From: the human T2T-CHM13v2.0 reference genome, Homo sapiens
Length of the DNA stretch: 64,000 nt
NCBI RefSeq assembly: GCF_009914755.1
Contig: NC_060941.1
Reading direction: 5' to 3' (one strand)
In this document: piece by piece, positions 14,219 to 27,766 of the stretch
Numbering within the stretch: the first letter of the stretch is position 1
Layout of the letters: every line of letters starts with the position of its first letter
Made by a program: the position numbers and the translations under genes
Notes under the pieces: model-generated
Told to the model about the DNA's origin: nothing
Databases searched by the model: none
Seen by the model: only the letters and a program-made list of their open reading frames with translations

Positions 14219-15118
14219 CTCACGGGGGCTGTGTGGCTAGCCCAGGTCATGGGGTGGTCTCCCGGCCCTTCTTTCTGCAGCCAAACTACTTCTAGGAGCC
14301 TGATCTAACAAATCACAAGCCTCTCTTTTGAGGATGTGCTGGGGACCACCCCAAAAGCCATCGGGTGTAGAATGGGCATCCAACTCTTGGCCCAAAGTCC
14401 CTCTGGGGTTGCAGGACCCTCTCTGGGGTCTGCCAGGTTGTAGCATGCAGGTTTCATGTGGGACACCTGAAGGGTGGGGAAGAGTGCAGAATCATGGCTC
14501 CCTTCCCAAGGAGGTGATAGGACCTGGAATCAGACCTGACACCTGAGGACAGGCATTGGGATGAGGGCTCAGCCCAGCCTAGGGGCTGTTCCATGCAGCT
14601 TCAGGAGGCTACAGTGTGGAGGATGATTGTGGAACTGCCCTTTGAACCATGAGGACTGTGGAGTACACCAGGACTGGCGGTGACGACTGGGAAGGGGGAA
14701 GGGAGTTCTGCCTGGTGGGTACCTGCTAGGCCCATTGTCAGTCCCTAGGCGTGGTTGGCCTAACACTTCTCTGAGTTGTGGCACAGAGGCCAGGCAGAGG
14801 CTTTGCTTACTCTGGGCCTGCATGGGATCATGACCCCTTTTCTGCGGCTCTTTCCAGTTTCCTCAGAGGACTTGGGCTTTGGGGATATCTGTCTGTGGAG
14901 AGTGCTGCTCCCTGGGGAGGTCTGCAGCCCCAGAGGGACTTTGGGCCAAGAGTTAAGTGCCCTTTCTACACTTGATGGCCTTTGGGGTAGTCACCAGCAC
15001 CTCCTCAAAAGAGAGGGGCTTGTGATTTGTTAGATCGGGCTCCTAGAAGCAGTTTGGCTGCAGCAAGAAGAGCCGGGAGACCACCTTTGACCTGAGCCAG
15101 CCACACAGCCCCCATGAG
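14219..15118. repeat. ~196-bp inverted repeat (arms 14219-14414 and 14922-15118), ~88% identical, 507-bp spacer
   Basis: Manual reverse-complement alignment gives about 23 differences over ~197 positions. Confidence 0.9.
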
Positions 15119-17176
15119 CCCTGCTCCTGTGTTGTGCCTCCCAGGATGTGGGTTCCAGGGGCGCCTAGGAACTCAGCTGGTGCTCCCCAAGGGCTGTGTT
15201 CCTTCCTGAGAAAACTCTGGAGCCAATGTCCTGAATTCCAAAGAAAGGAAGGACCTCTCCTTAGACCTGGCTCGAGCAGCCAGACCATGTCTGCAGCACA
15301 GCCCACCAGCCCAAGGGAGGAGGGAGGTGGTGTTCCTGCCTGGGCGCTGCCTAATCAGGCCATAGCTCAGTGAAGTGCCAGGCTGAAGGCAGGGGCCGTG
15401 CTGGGCAAGTCTCCACGTGGTCCAGGCTGGGTAGCCCTGCCTACAGTTTCTCTGATAAACTTAGGCATGACCTTGTGCAAACAATTGTTAAGTCCAGGGA
15501 GGAAAGATGCCAAGGAGAGAGGGGCAAGGGTGCCAGTCAGAGAGGACCACACTTGTTCTGGGTGGCCCACAGAGTGCCACGTCCCATAATCACTTGGAGC
15601 CCCAGCTTGTACATTTGAAAGTCAGAACAATGATGTGCCTGCCTCCTGAAGCTGTCATCAGTACCTGTAGCTACTCAGGGCCTGGCCACAGTGAGCACCC
15701 AGGAAGTGGTGAATACACTTCCTGCTTCTACTGCAAGGCAATTCCCTGTGTCCTCCCTAGAACGTGCCGAGCTGCCTGTCCCTGCCAGAGTGCAGATGAG
15801 CAAGGCGACCGCTCAGCCCCAAAGTTTGCAGACAAAGCTTTTCATACTCCTTAAGTGGGTCACAGTGCATATGAAAAAATAATAAATACAGTGCACATGG
15901 TAGAAATACTGACTCACCGTTTTCCATTTCATGTGCATGTGTGCACTTGTGTGTGTGCTCATCATGGTGTGAATGTGGTGTTCCATGTGGGCCTTGGTTG
16001 GATGAGTTTGTGAAACATGCTGTCTCAGGACCTCAGGTGTGGGGGGAAGTCAGGTTTCACCTTGAAATCCCCTTTCTGACCTTGAGATTTTGGGAGTAAT
16101 TCTTTGCCCTAGGGGAAAGCCTTTGTTTCTTGGGTCTCTGTTTTCTGGTCTGAATGAGGGATTGGGGGATAAAGGGAAGACTCCCACCCAGGTCTCACGT
16201 GCGACTGGTTCTGTAACAGCAGCTGCCTGGAAGGAAGGTCCTCCTGATGATAACGCCAAACAGCCTCTCACCATATTTCTGCTTACTTTCCTCTTGTTTC
16301 CCTCTGGCTCTTAGAAGCTTGCCTTCCCACACTCATGGGGTCAACAAGAAACAAAGGCCTGTTTTCCCAAAAGTGCTTCTGCTTGGGCCAGGGGTGTGGT
16401 GGAGAGTCCCCGGTTGGAGAGGCTGCTATAGCAGTATTATCCTAACCCAGGAAGGTCACTCTGGCCTCTGACAAGATGCCCTGGCTGCAGTGCACAGAGC
16501 TTCCAGCCTCCCATGGGCCTGTGGACAGAGGACCGGCAGGAGGAGCAGGGTGTGCTCATCTCTTTGGAGAGAAGCCTGAGTCCTGTGTCCTCCTGCCTAA
16601 ACAATCTGCAGCCTGTAGCAACTCTGCCCCTTAGCTGGGGTAGGGTGGAGCCCAGAAGAGGACCAGAGGCTCCAGATAGCTGGAGGGCTATGTGGGGGCT
16701 GAACCCATAACTTGGTGACATAGCAGAGTCGATGGCCTACAGAGGGCCGTCTCTTTTTTTGGAAAATGAATCAAACAAAACTAGGTGAAGCTCAGCCTCC
16801 TAGGAAACCTGGATTCCTGACCTCTGGAGGTATAGAATTAGGGCAGGAAGCTCATCAGAGTTGCTTTGCTGACAGCGTTAGAGCTGAGGCGTTCCTTCTG
16901 GCTGGATTTGGGTTACAGCCTAGATATTTGCCCTTACTCTCGCAGCACAAGATTCAGGCCTACCCAGACACAGATGGTTGTATCCTGCCCCCTAGGCAGA
17001 GGCAGGGGAGGGGAGAGGTGCTGGCTGAGGGGCTCCCTGGAGCCATTGGTTGAGTCTGTTCAGTCTGGAAATGCTGCTGAGTGCAGAGCAGCAGGGGGAC
17101 CAGCTCTGGAACCAGAGTGCCTGGGTTTGAATCCTGACATGGCTACTTCCTAGCATTGTGACCTTAAATCAAAATT

Positions 17177-17465
17177 ACAGTTCTGCGTTGTTTAATGACA
17201 GGCACACATCCTGAGAAATGTGTTTTCTCAGGCAGTTTGGTCCTTGTGTAAATATTCTAGAGTGCACTTACACAAAGTTAGACAGTACAGCTTATTGCAC
17301 ACCTAGGCTTTGTGGTAGAGCCTATTGCTGCGAAGCCATAAACCTGTACAGCATATACTGCAATATCACAAGCAGTTATAACACAGTGGCAAGTATTGAT
17401 GTATCCAAACCTAGCAAAACATAGAGGGAGCTGTTGACTAACATCGTTGTGCGGTGCATGACTGC
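17177..17465. mobile_element. Tigger3 (Golem/MER7)-type DNA transposon fragment inside a MIR
   Basis: 'tacagttctgcgttgtttaatgacag...gagtgcacttacaca...cacacctaggct...aaacctgtacagcat...tgcggtgcatgactg'; MIR-like flanks ('cctgggtttgaatcct'). Confidence 0.7.
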
Positions 17466-17721
17466 ACCTAGCTTCTTAGCAGTCTGCTTCCTTGTCTGCG
17501 GGATGAGAGTGACAGTAGTGCCTGCCTCATAGTGTGTTCGGAATGTTCAGTGAGAGGACACAGGGGAAGAGTTTGCAGCAGTGCGTGGTATTCAAGGGCA
17601 TGGGCGCAAACATGAGCACCATTGTGCCCTGCGCCTGTGCTGGTGCTGTTGTTGCTGCTTCCCCATCGGCAGCAGGGGAAGGGGGAACACTGCACTACTG
17701 AGACTTGGAGGGAGCTATTTT

Positions 17722-18730
<1,009 letters not shown>

Positions 18731-18829
18731 TTATAGCAGGTCCTCAGTACGTACCTGGACCTGTCTTCCAAGAGTGCTGGTTAGAAGCAGTACATAAATA
18801 CAATTTAAAAAGTTAGTCCCAAACCCTCA

Positions 18830-19440
18830 CGCAGTGCTAGTGGGAATGTGAGATGGCACAGCCACTTTGGGAAATAGTCTGGCAGCTCCTCAGAGTTAAA
18901 CATATAGTTTCCATATGACCCAGCACTTCTGCTCCTAGGTACACACCCAAGAGAAATGAGAGCACAGGAGCACTGTACAGGAATGTGCACAGCAGCACTA
19001 TACACAGTAGCCAAAAAATGGAAACAGTCCAAATGTCCATCAACAGATGAATGGATAAACAAAATGCGGTATAGCCGCACAATGGAACGTTATTCAGCTG
19101 TAAAAAGTATTGAAAGACTGACACATGCTGCAATGCGGAGGAACCTTGAAAATATGCTAAATCCTTGAAAATATGCTAAATGGAAGCCAGATTTTTCCAT
19201 TTATGCAAGGTATCCAGAAGAGATGCATCCACAGAGGCAGGAAGCAGGTTAGCAGTTGTTGAGGTGGGGACAGGTGTCAAAGGGAAGTGACTGCGAATGG
19301 CTTTTCAGGGGGAGATGGAAATGTTCTGCACTTGATTGCAGAACAGCTCTGTGAACATGATGCTAAAAGCCATTGAACTGTACACTTTAGGTAAATTGTA
19401 TGTAAATTATATCTCAATGAAGCTGTTGTTAAAAAGAAAA
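18830..19440 (+). mobile_element. L1MB/ME-type 3' end
   Basis: 'ccactttgggaaa...ccatatgacccagca...aaatgtccatcaacagatgaatggataaacaaaatg...aattatatctcaat'. Confidence 0.8.
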
Positions 19441-19444
19441 GTTA

Positions 19445-20049
<605 letters not shown>

Positions 20050-22766
20050 TTAATACATGCTAATTTCCTTCAGTCCTGGCTCAGCTTGGTATGTTTTTGC
20101 CTTTTATTAATGCTTCTGAAATCCTTTTTGGAAGGAGATAGAACCCTCACTTTGCACATGAGGAAACTGAGGCCCAGAGAGGTGGAGAGGTGGAAGGCAT
20201 TGCTTCATACTCATTTGGTGAGGCTGAGACACAACCACGTTCAGCAGCAGAGCAGGGGCTTTGTTCAGCTGGGGGCCAAGTGCCCAAACAATTACTGCGT
20301 AAGAGGGAAGAGTGGGCTTCAGGGACAGTGAGCAATTTGGTGACACTGAACCCTGGAACAGTGGCCTCAAAGTGGGGTCTGTGCCTCCAGGGGGCCGGTG
20401 GATGATCCCTTGAGAAGAAAACTTTGGAATTTCTGTTGATATATTCCATCTAACATATGTCTCTGTGTGTGTGTGTGCACACGCATGCACACTCATAATA
20501 GACTGGCACCATGGTATGGATACACAGCTCATCCAGGGCCTGTACTGTCAGCAGTTTGAGACCACGGTCCCAAGGACCAGGGTGGGAGTCAAAGACCAGA
20601 GAGGAAGGGCCACCTTAGGAAAGCCCCTCTGCCTCCACAGTGGTTCCTTCAGGATGGCTTCTGACACTCTAGTAACGAGTGCACTGGCCACTTTACCATT
20701 TCATGTCATCCAGTCCTCACTGTGGTCCATGGAGTTTCCTCAGCAAACAAGAGAGTCCACCTCAGAGAGACAAGATGCCTTGTCTAGGGAGGTGGAGGTG
20801 GGGTGCGCTTTTGCATGGGGGTGTTGGGCTCAAGAGGGAAGTCAGAGCAACCCTTCATTTGCCCAGAGGGTTCAGACAGGCACCTGCACTATGCCAGGAT
20901 GCCCAGGATGAGAATTTCTGTCAAATAGAGTAAAGGGGCTGGAGCTGGAGAGAGGAGATTAGGAAAGCCAGGACCCCCACCTTGGGCAGGAAGGCCCACC
21001 TGTCCTGTGGCTGTGGCCATAGCACTCAGTGTGGGTCTCCCCAACCAGAAGGTGGCAGGGGCTTGGATCCAGGCTTCCTGGACTAACATAAAGATGGGGT
21101 CTGAGGCTGCCTCCTGTACCCTCTCCTTCTCAAGAAACACCCACTGCTTGGTTGCAGAGCAACCCTACCCATCTCCCTTTCCTGGCTCCTTCTCAAGGAC
21201 CCTCCAAGAGTGTCTGGAAGAGACACCTGCGGGCCACTCCACTGATGGAGAGCACTGAGCTGGGCTTGAATGTGGCTCCTCCTCGTGTCCCCCCAGGGTC
21301 AGTGTTGAGGCAGGATGCCAATGGTGTATGCTGAAAGGGTGAAGCCACTGAAGGAGGCTTCCCTGTGAGCCCAGCCTCCATCCCACCTGCTGTGCCACCT
21401 CCCTTCTGAGCTGGACCCACGGGGGATGGCTGAGTCCAGAGACCCCACAAGGAAAGGCTTCTTGGACCTGGACATTTAACCATGGAGAAAAGAGCCAGCA
21501 GCCATGTAGGCAAGGGCTCTGCAAAGCCAGCAGCCCTCCGGTCTGACTCCTGCAGGCAGGCATCAAGGGGTGTAGAAAGAGGTGGCAAGTAGGTCAGAGG
21601 AAGTAACAGGAAGATCACAGGAGCTTGAGGTGGAGGGACAAGGAGGTTGCACCTAACCTGTTTCTGAAAGGAAGAAGGTCGGGGTGTGGAGAGTGGTTGG
21701 TCTGAGCTCAGCATGGGCACCAGACCCAGCATCCTGCTCTTGAGACCAAGCCCCCATTGACTGTCAGCAAGGAGCTTGAGGCTGGATGGCCTCTGGGTGG
21801 AAGGCAGCCCAACTGCAGGCCACCCCTCAGATGGATCAGAAGCATCTTCTGCTTCTTCAAGAATGAGAACAAGGAAATGGTGGGCTGTTGGGGGTGCTCA
21901 GTGGAGAAGCCAGCAGCTGTCCATTAGTGGGGTGGAGTCAGTGTGGAGTGTGTTAAGGACAGGGGCACCCCTGGTGTGGTGGTAACCATGGCAACCCATC
22001 TGCTCTCCCAAAGCATCCTTACGTTGGGAGAGTAAGAAAGAGGCCAGAGGGTACAGGGCTAAACAAGTCATCTCCATAAAGGTCCTCTTGCCTAGCCCTT
22101 TGCCTCAGTAGGGATTTCTTAAAGGCATCCTTTCCTGCTTTTGGTTTTCTGTCCCTAATTTCAGTGTGTAACAGTTTTTGCTGTAAGAAAAAAAGTTACT
22201 GTTTGCCATGCCAGAGCTGGTGTGGCAGCCTTTGCTGGGCTCTGCTATGGCCCTGGGAAGGTGCCGTGGGCCAGGCTGCCGGGCGTGCTCCTTGGCCGCC
22301 TCTAAAGAAGGCACAGTGCACCCACCCCACAGCCTGCTCTCAAGGATGTGGCTTCTCTCTGGCCCCCTCCTTGCCTCTAAAAATAACCCTGCTATTTTGA
22401 AACTGCCTCCTCTGGAGCTTTTTCTTGCTTCTCTGTGGGATCAGCAGCCCTTCTGAGACCAGGATCTCGGCTGCCCCTGTCACCGCAGCTGTCCCCATCC
22501 TGTCCTCCCCTGCATATCCCCTCCAGTGCAAGTGGGATGTCGCTCTCCACGTAGGAGGGATGTTTAGCTGGGTGTCCTCTGGAGAAGGCCAGGCCTGTCC
22601 CTGTCCTCCCTGGGATGGGCACAAAGGAAGAGGAGCTGGGGCTGGAGTGAGGGAGAGCACTCCTAGAGGCCCCACAGGCTGGGAGGGTCAGGAATGGCCT
22701 GGGGCTGTACGACATCTGTGGCCCCATTGGCTGGCCTCTGGGTGACTCTCTGCCGCCTTCTTCCAG

Positions 22767-22918
22767 CCCACGACCCTTCCTCAGGGCACCATCAACATGA
22801 ACCAGTGCACAGATGTGGTGGATGGGGAGGGCCGCACGGGCCAGAAGTTCTCCCTGTGTATTCTGACGCCTGAGAAGGAGCATTTCATCCGGGCGGAGAC
22901 CAAGGAGATCGTCAGTGG
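22767..22918 (+). CDS. MPRIP: MPRIP coding exon (~exon 4), C-terminal half of PH domain 1
   Basis: ttccag|CCCACG...AGTGG|gtgagt; 152 nt encoding PTTLPQGTINMNQCTDVVDGEGRTGQKFSLCILTPEKEHFIRAETKEIVS(G), matching recalled MPRIP; phase 0-2. Confidence 0.97.
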
Positions 22919-25900
22919 GTGAGTATGCTGGCACTGTGGAACAAGGCACCACCACCTGCCACAGGGCCAACACCAGATGGGCCGCCTGCCCCTGTGGCAG
23001 TGTCGATGTTGTCTACTTCCCCGTGTGCCTCTATTCTTGGGCTCTGTCTCTGTTCTCAACACCGCTGTGTGCTGAGCACAGCAGAAATCAGGACATTCAC
23101 CATTCCACCTGCAGCCTCTGGGGCCCCTCTTTGCTCTGGCCACCTTACCCTCCTCGGGCCTCCCCACCATTGCACTCACCACACCCCCAACTCACCTGCC
23201 CCTCCACCTGGAAGGGGATCAGTCCCTGAATCATATGACCTGGGCACGCCCTCCCCCAGTCTGGGATGGCTGCTCCTCCTTCCAGGGCTGGTGCTGGGCT
23301 CCACCACCTATGAAAGCGCCAGGTTATCTGCTGTGTCCACGTGTGTCTCTGTCAGTGGTGGTGGGGGTGGGAGGTGTCTCAGTCACATCCCCAGCACCTC
23401 ACACCCGAGCCACTCTGCTGCCACTGCACAGATTGGTTTCTGTGAGTGGAGAGAATGGGTAAGTGTCTCACTCACCCAGGTCCCCTGAGAGTGGCGAACT
23501 GGCTCAGGTTGAGAGAGCCCACAGTCCAGGGGCCTGAGCGCAGTGCTGAGCCCAGGGCAGCATCTGCCTTCCCAGAGCTCCCAGTCTAGCAGGGAATTCT
23601 TTGCTACCCACATGGCCTGGGCCATGGTGAAAAGCCGTACATAGTCCGTGCAGGTGAACAGGCTCATTGGGCCTGACAGGAGCTCACAAACTGGATCTCC
23701 GAGAATCCCTGTCTTGCTTAAGGCTGAGAAGGAGGCACATGAGTCTAAGAAGCTCTGGGAGAAAGTAAACCTGGGGCTTGCTGGGCCAGGCTGACTGTAG
23801 CAGTACAGAGTAGAGGGAATCAGGAATACGAAGCCCTTGAGTTTGAACACACAGATGACTCGGAGCACCAGCCTTTCTTTAGCCTCTCAGCTGCAGCCTG
23901 GCCAAGCCTGGTGAGTGAGCACAGCTGGAAGTCCAGGGCCACATGGCAAGGCGTCCAGGAGCCAGTGCTGGGTCCCGGGGGCGCTCTCTGCGGGGGTGTG
24001 CTCTCCCCTAGAGTCCTCCCCTGGAGAGAGGCAGGTTTGCATTTCTGAGCACCTGGAGCCGAGCTGGAGGAGCACTTCTGTCTCCCACAATCTTAATCCA
24101 GAACCATATGATCAAGAATGTCAAGGGCCTCTGAAGAACCCTCGTGGTACAGTCGAGGAGACCCAGGGCCTAGAGACAGGAGCCTGGCCAGGGGCACCTT
24201 CTGCACTTTCTGGCTCACACCTGTTTCTGCTGTTGGCCGGGCAGCACACAGCCGAGGCTTCCTCTGCCCAGGTGGCTTCCCTAGGAAACCCTCACCCTTT
24301 CCACAGGAGCTGGGTCCCAGGGAGGGTGTGGGTAACAGGTGGGATGGATGGGAGTCCTGGGTCTCCAGGGCAAGCTGGGGAGTGTCTGGAGCAGGGTTGG
24401 TTCTAGGACCAGCACATAGAGGTATGTGTTGTACCATGTGGTATTAGGAGAGGGTGATGTTTAGCATTTGGACTGCCTCCAGCAGGCAGCTTAAGTCCTG
24501 CCAGAAGTCCTCACTCCATCCCAAGCCCCTCTCCTGGGTCACTTCTCTGCTCTCTTCTGTTGCATATTCAGGCTTGCCATACCCATGCAGCTTGGGTAGA
24601 CAAGATCGTTAATGGACCAAGGTACCGGGTGCACATGCCATCTGGGCCCTACGTGTGTGGTGGCTCAGTGGCGTATCCAAAGCCAGAATAAGCTGCCTGA
24701 CGCTCTTCCCCTTCCCCTCGCCCTGGTTGTGGGCCACGTTAGTTCGTGTCCAACAGGCAGGTTCTCACGTGGCATAACCTCGTGATCCGCCCTCACCTTC
24801 CCACAAGCTGGGATGCTCAGCTGCGTGAGGGAGTCAGGTGTGGCCTATGCACCCTGGGGACAAGTGCTTTTGCCTCCTTCTCCCATTCCTCTGTCTCCTG
24901 CCCTCGCTGACAGCCCCCTTCCTCTGCTCCCTCTCTTGCCTCCCTCTGTTTCCCATTATAACTCCTCTTCCCAGTAACCTCATCCCTAGGCTCTGGAGCG
25001 CCATTCTGGGTCTGAGCTCTCTGGTCACATCAAAGCTGGTCCCTAAGAAGGTGCAGACACTTCCACCAGGCAGCTGGGAGCTGGGTGGGTTGGGGACAGT
25101 CCCACCCAGTCTTCTTCCCAGGTCTTCTCTGCATAGCCCTGACAGCTGCGTGGGCTGCCGGGTCTCTCCTGGGCCTGGGTAGAGGAAGTTGGCAGCTCTT
25201 TCCAGTTCCCACTTCCAGGATTCTGGGCCACACTTTACATAGCTCTTTTAGACGAGGTGGGTTTGGGTAGGAGTTGGCAAGGGAGCTCTTCTGTGCTCTC
25301 AGCTGGGTGAAGTCTGGACTTCCCTTCTCCCTGCCCTGCCTTTTAACCTTACCCACTCCCCTGTTCTCACTCATCCGGGCTCTGCCGTCCCTATCCGGGG
25401 AGCCCCAGCACCTACCAGTCCCATATTCACACCCCTCTCCTCTCTTCTTGGGGTTTGTTTTGTTAACATTTATAACACATCTGGATGATGTTAGACGCTT
25501 CCTATTGGGCTTCCTTGAGAAATCCAAGTGCAGAGGACACATTCCATCATCTATTCCTGGACCCTGCATCTCTGCGACTCCAGCCACAGACTGCAGTCTG
25601 AACAGAGATTAAGTTGCATAATGGGACTGAGGCCACATGAGACACCTGCTGTCCTGACTCCTCCCGAGTCCTAGGCTTGCTGGAGCCAGCCCAGGAGAGC
25701 TCAGCAGCTCCACGTAGTCAGCAGAGCACCTGCGGTGCAGCCTTCTCCCCTCCCCTCCAGGTTCCATCCTGCAAGGCCATTAGTCATTGCTGACTGATGG
25801 AACCTGGGCCAGTCTGCAGGGGCCTGGGGTACCTGGCAGGGTTCTGCACCTCCAGCATGCTCCACACCTTGGTGAAGTTTTAAGTGCAGCCTTCTGCAGG

Positions 25901-26374
25901 CACAGTCCCTCAGAGTGGTCAGAAGAAGTGGCAGCTGCCATGGCAGACTGGAAAGGCAAACCTCTTTAATCCCATAGGGCTTGTGAACATCCCAGGTTGT
26001 ATGAGCGAGGCCCTCTCCTGGGACCTCTGCTCCCAGCCAGCCTTGATGAGAAGTGTGACCAGGGAGGAGAGGGGCTCAGGACCCTCAGAAGGCCTGCCTG
26101 TCTGCTGGCTTTGCAGATAGTCACAGCCTCCTTTCTTGTTTTGGGGCTGTGGAGGAATGACCCACAGGACCTGTGGCTTGGATCTCTGGCATTGCAGGTG
26201 TTTATTCATTCTCTCAGCAAATCGAGCATCACTGGCTGTGGGCTGAGCTGGGCTGAGGGTGGCCCCTCAGCTCTGTTGCTGTGGTTCCGTGCATTAAGCC
26301 TGGCCTCTGCCGCCACCACCTGTCAACAGCACACCCATCCTGAGGCTGTCTCAGAAGCCAGTGATTGTGACTGA

Positions 26375-26525
26375 CCCTTCCTTTGTCTGTTTGTCCCTCC
26401 TTCCCTCCTTTCTTCATTTTCTCCTTCCCTCTCTTCCTGTCCTCCTCCCCTCCCTCCCTCCTCCCCATGCTCTTCCTCTCTTCGCTCCTCTATCCCTTTT
26501 CCCCCTCCCCTCCTCTCCTCTCCAC
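26375..26525. repeat. CT-rich low-complexity tract
   Basis: About 150 nt of almost pure pyrimidine on the + strand. Confidence 0.75.
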
Positions 26526-27681
26526 CTCAAATTAAAGAAATACCTCTGGGCACAGAAGACTCGAGCCCTTCTCCTGCCCCAGGCTCAGTGTGCTGCTGGG
26601 TGCTGCACCCGTGTGATCTCTAGCAGGATGCAGCAGTACAGACCCCCCCATCCCCAACCCTGGGCCCAGGCTGCCAGCAGGCCCAGCGTGGACCCTGGTG
26701 CTGAAAGAAGACCTGGAGCGGTGTCTTCTGAGGCTCCTTCCACTCTGGAGAGGACACTAGGGCTGCCCTTGCACAACCAGGCCCAGGGCTGGAGCTGGGG
26801 CTTCAGAGGCAGGACCTACACTGCCCTCCGCTCCTCCCACCCCCGTCGTCTAGCCCCCACAGGACTGACAGGCAGCTCTGGCAAGGCAACTGCTGTTGGT
26901 TCCTTTGTCTGTTGTAAAATTCTATATGGTGGAAGTAGTTGTGCCATGATCTGATCTAGCTCCTGATTTCAGAAATGAGAAGATTGAAGCTCCTAAGGGG
27001 CCAGGAGCCACCCAAGATTGTGCTGGGATAGTGGCAGAACCAGATCCAGAGTCGTCCTGCTGGCAGCGCCTGCTTTTGCTGTGTTCCCTTGCTGCACCCC
27101 TGGTGTCTATCCAGAGTGAACTTGCCACACACAATCCCTGATGGGTCCCTGGGCAGCTCTGCCCAGCCTTCCTCAAAGCCAGGGTGCCCAGCACCCTCCC
27201 TCTGCAGGGACTGTGGGAGTTCAGCAACCCCCCACACCCTAGTCCCTCAAGAGTACCCATTGTGGGAACTTGACCAGCACAGCTCCTAGATTCTGGCCTC
27301 AGGGCCAGCACCTGCCTCTGTTGCCCTAAATGGGCACAGCTCGTCTGTACTCTCACCAAGCCCACTCTGGGAGAGCAGTGTTAGGGCAATTCCAGGCCCT
27401 GGAGACAGGGTCAGTAATGGAAGTTACACATCCTATGCTCTGAGGCCATGGCCAGGCCAGGCCTCTCTGCCAGCACGGAGTCTGTGTCGTGTCCTGAGCC
27501 TGCTGTGGGTGTGGCAGGGTCATTGTCCAGGCTTGCTCTGTGGCACTTCTGGCCCCAGCGTAGCAGTCTGTCACTGGGGACAATGCCCTGCTCTACTCCT
27601 GGACCACCCGGCAAGGGCCAGGGCTCCTAGTCCCCGAGTGCCAGGGTCTTACCTGGTACTTGTCTCCTTTTCTCTTCCCAG

Positions 27682-27766
27682 GTGGCTGGAGATGCTCATG
27701 GTCTATCCCCGGACCAACAAGCAGAATCAGAAGAAGAAACGGAAAGTGGAGCCCCCCACACCACAG
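27682..27766 (+). CDS. MPRIP: MPRIP coding exon (~exon 5), end of PH1 plus basic NLS KKKRKV
   Basis: ttcccag|G...CCACAG|gtaggc; 85 nt, WLEMLMVYPRTNKQNQKKKRKVEPPTPQ; phase 2-0 continues the previous exon. Confidence 0.97.
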
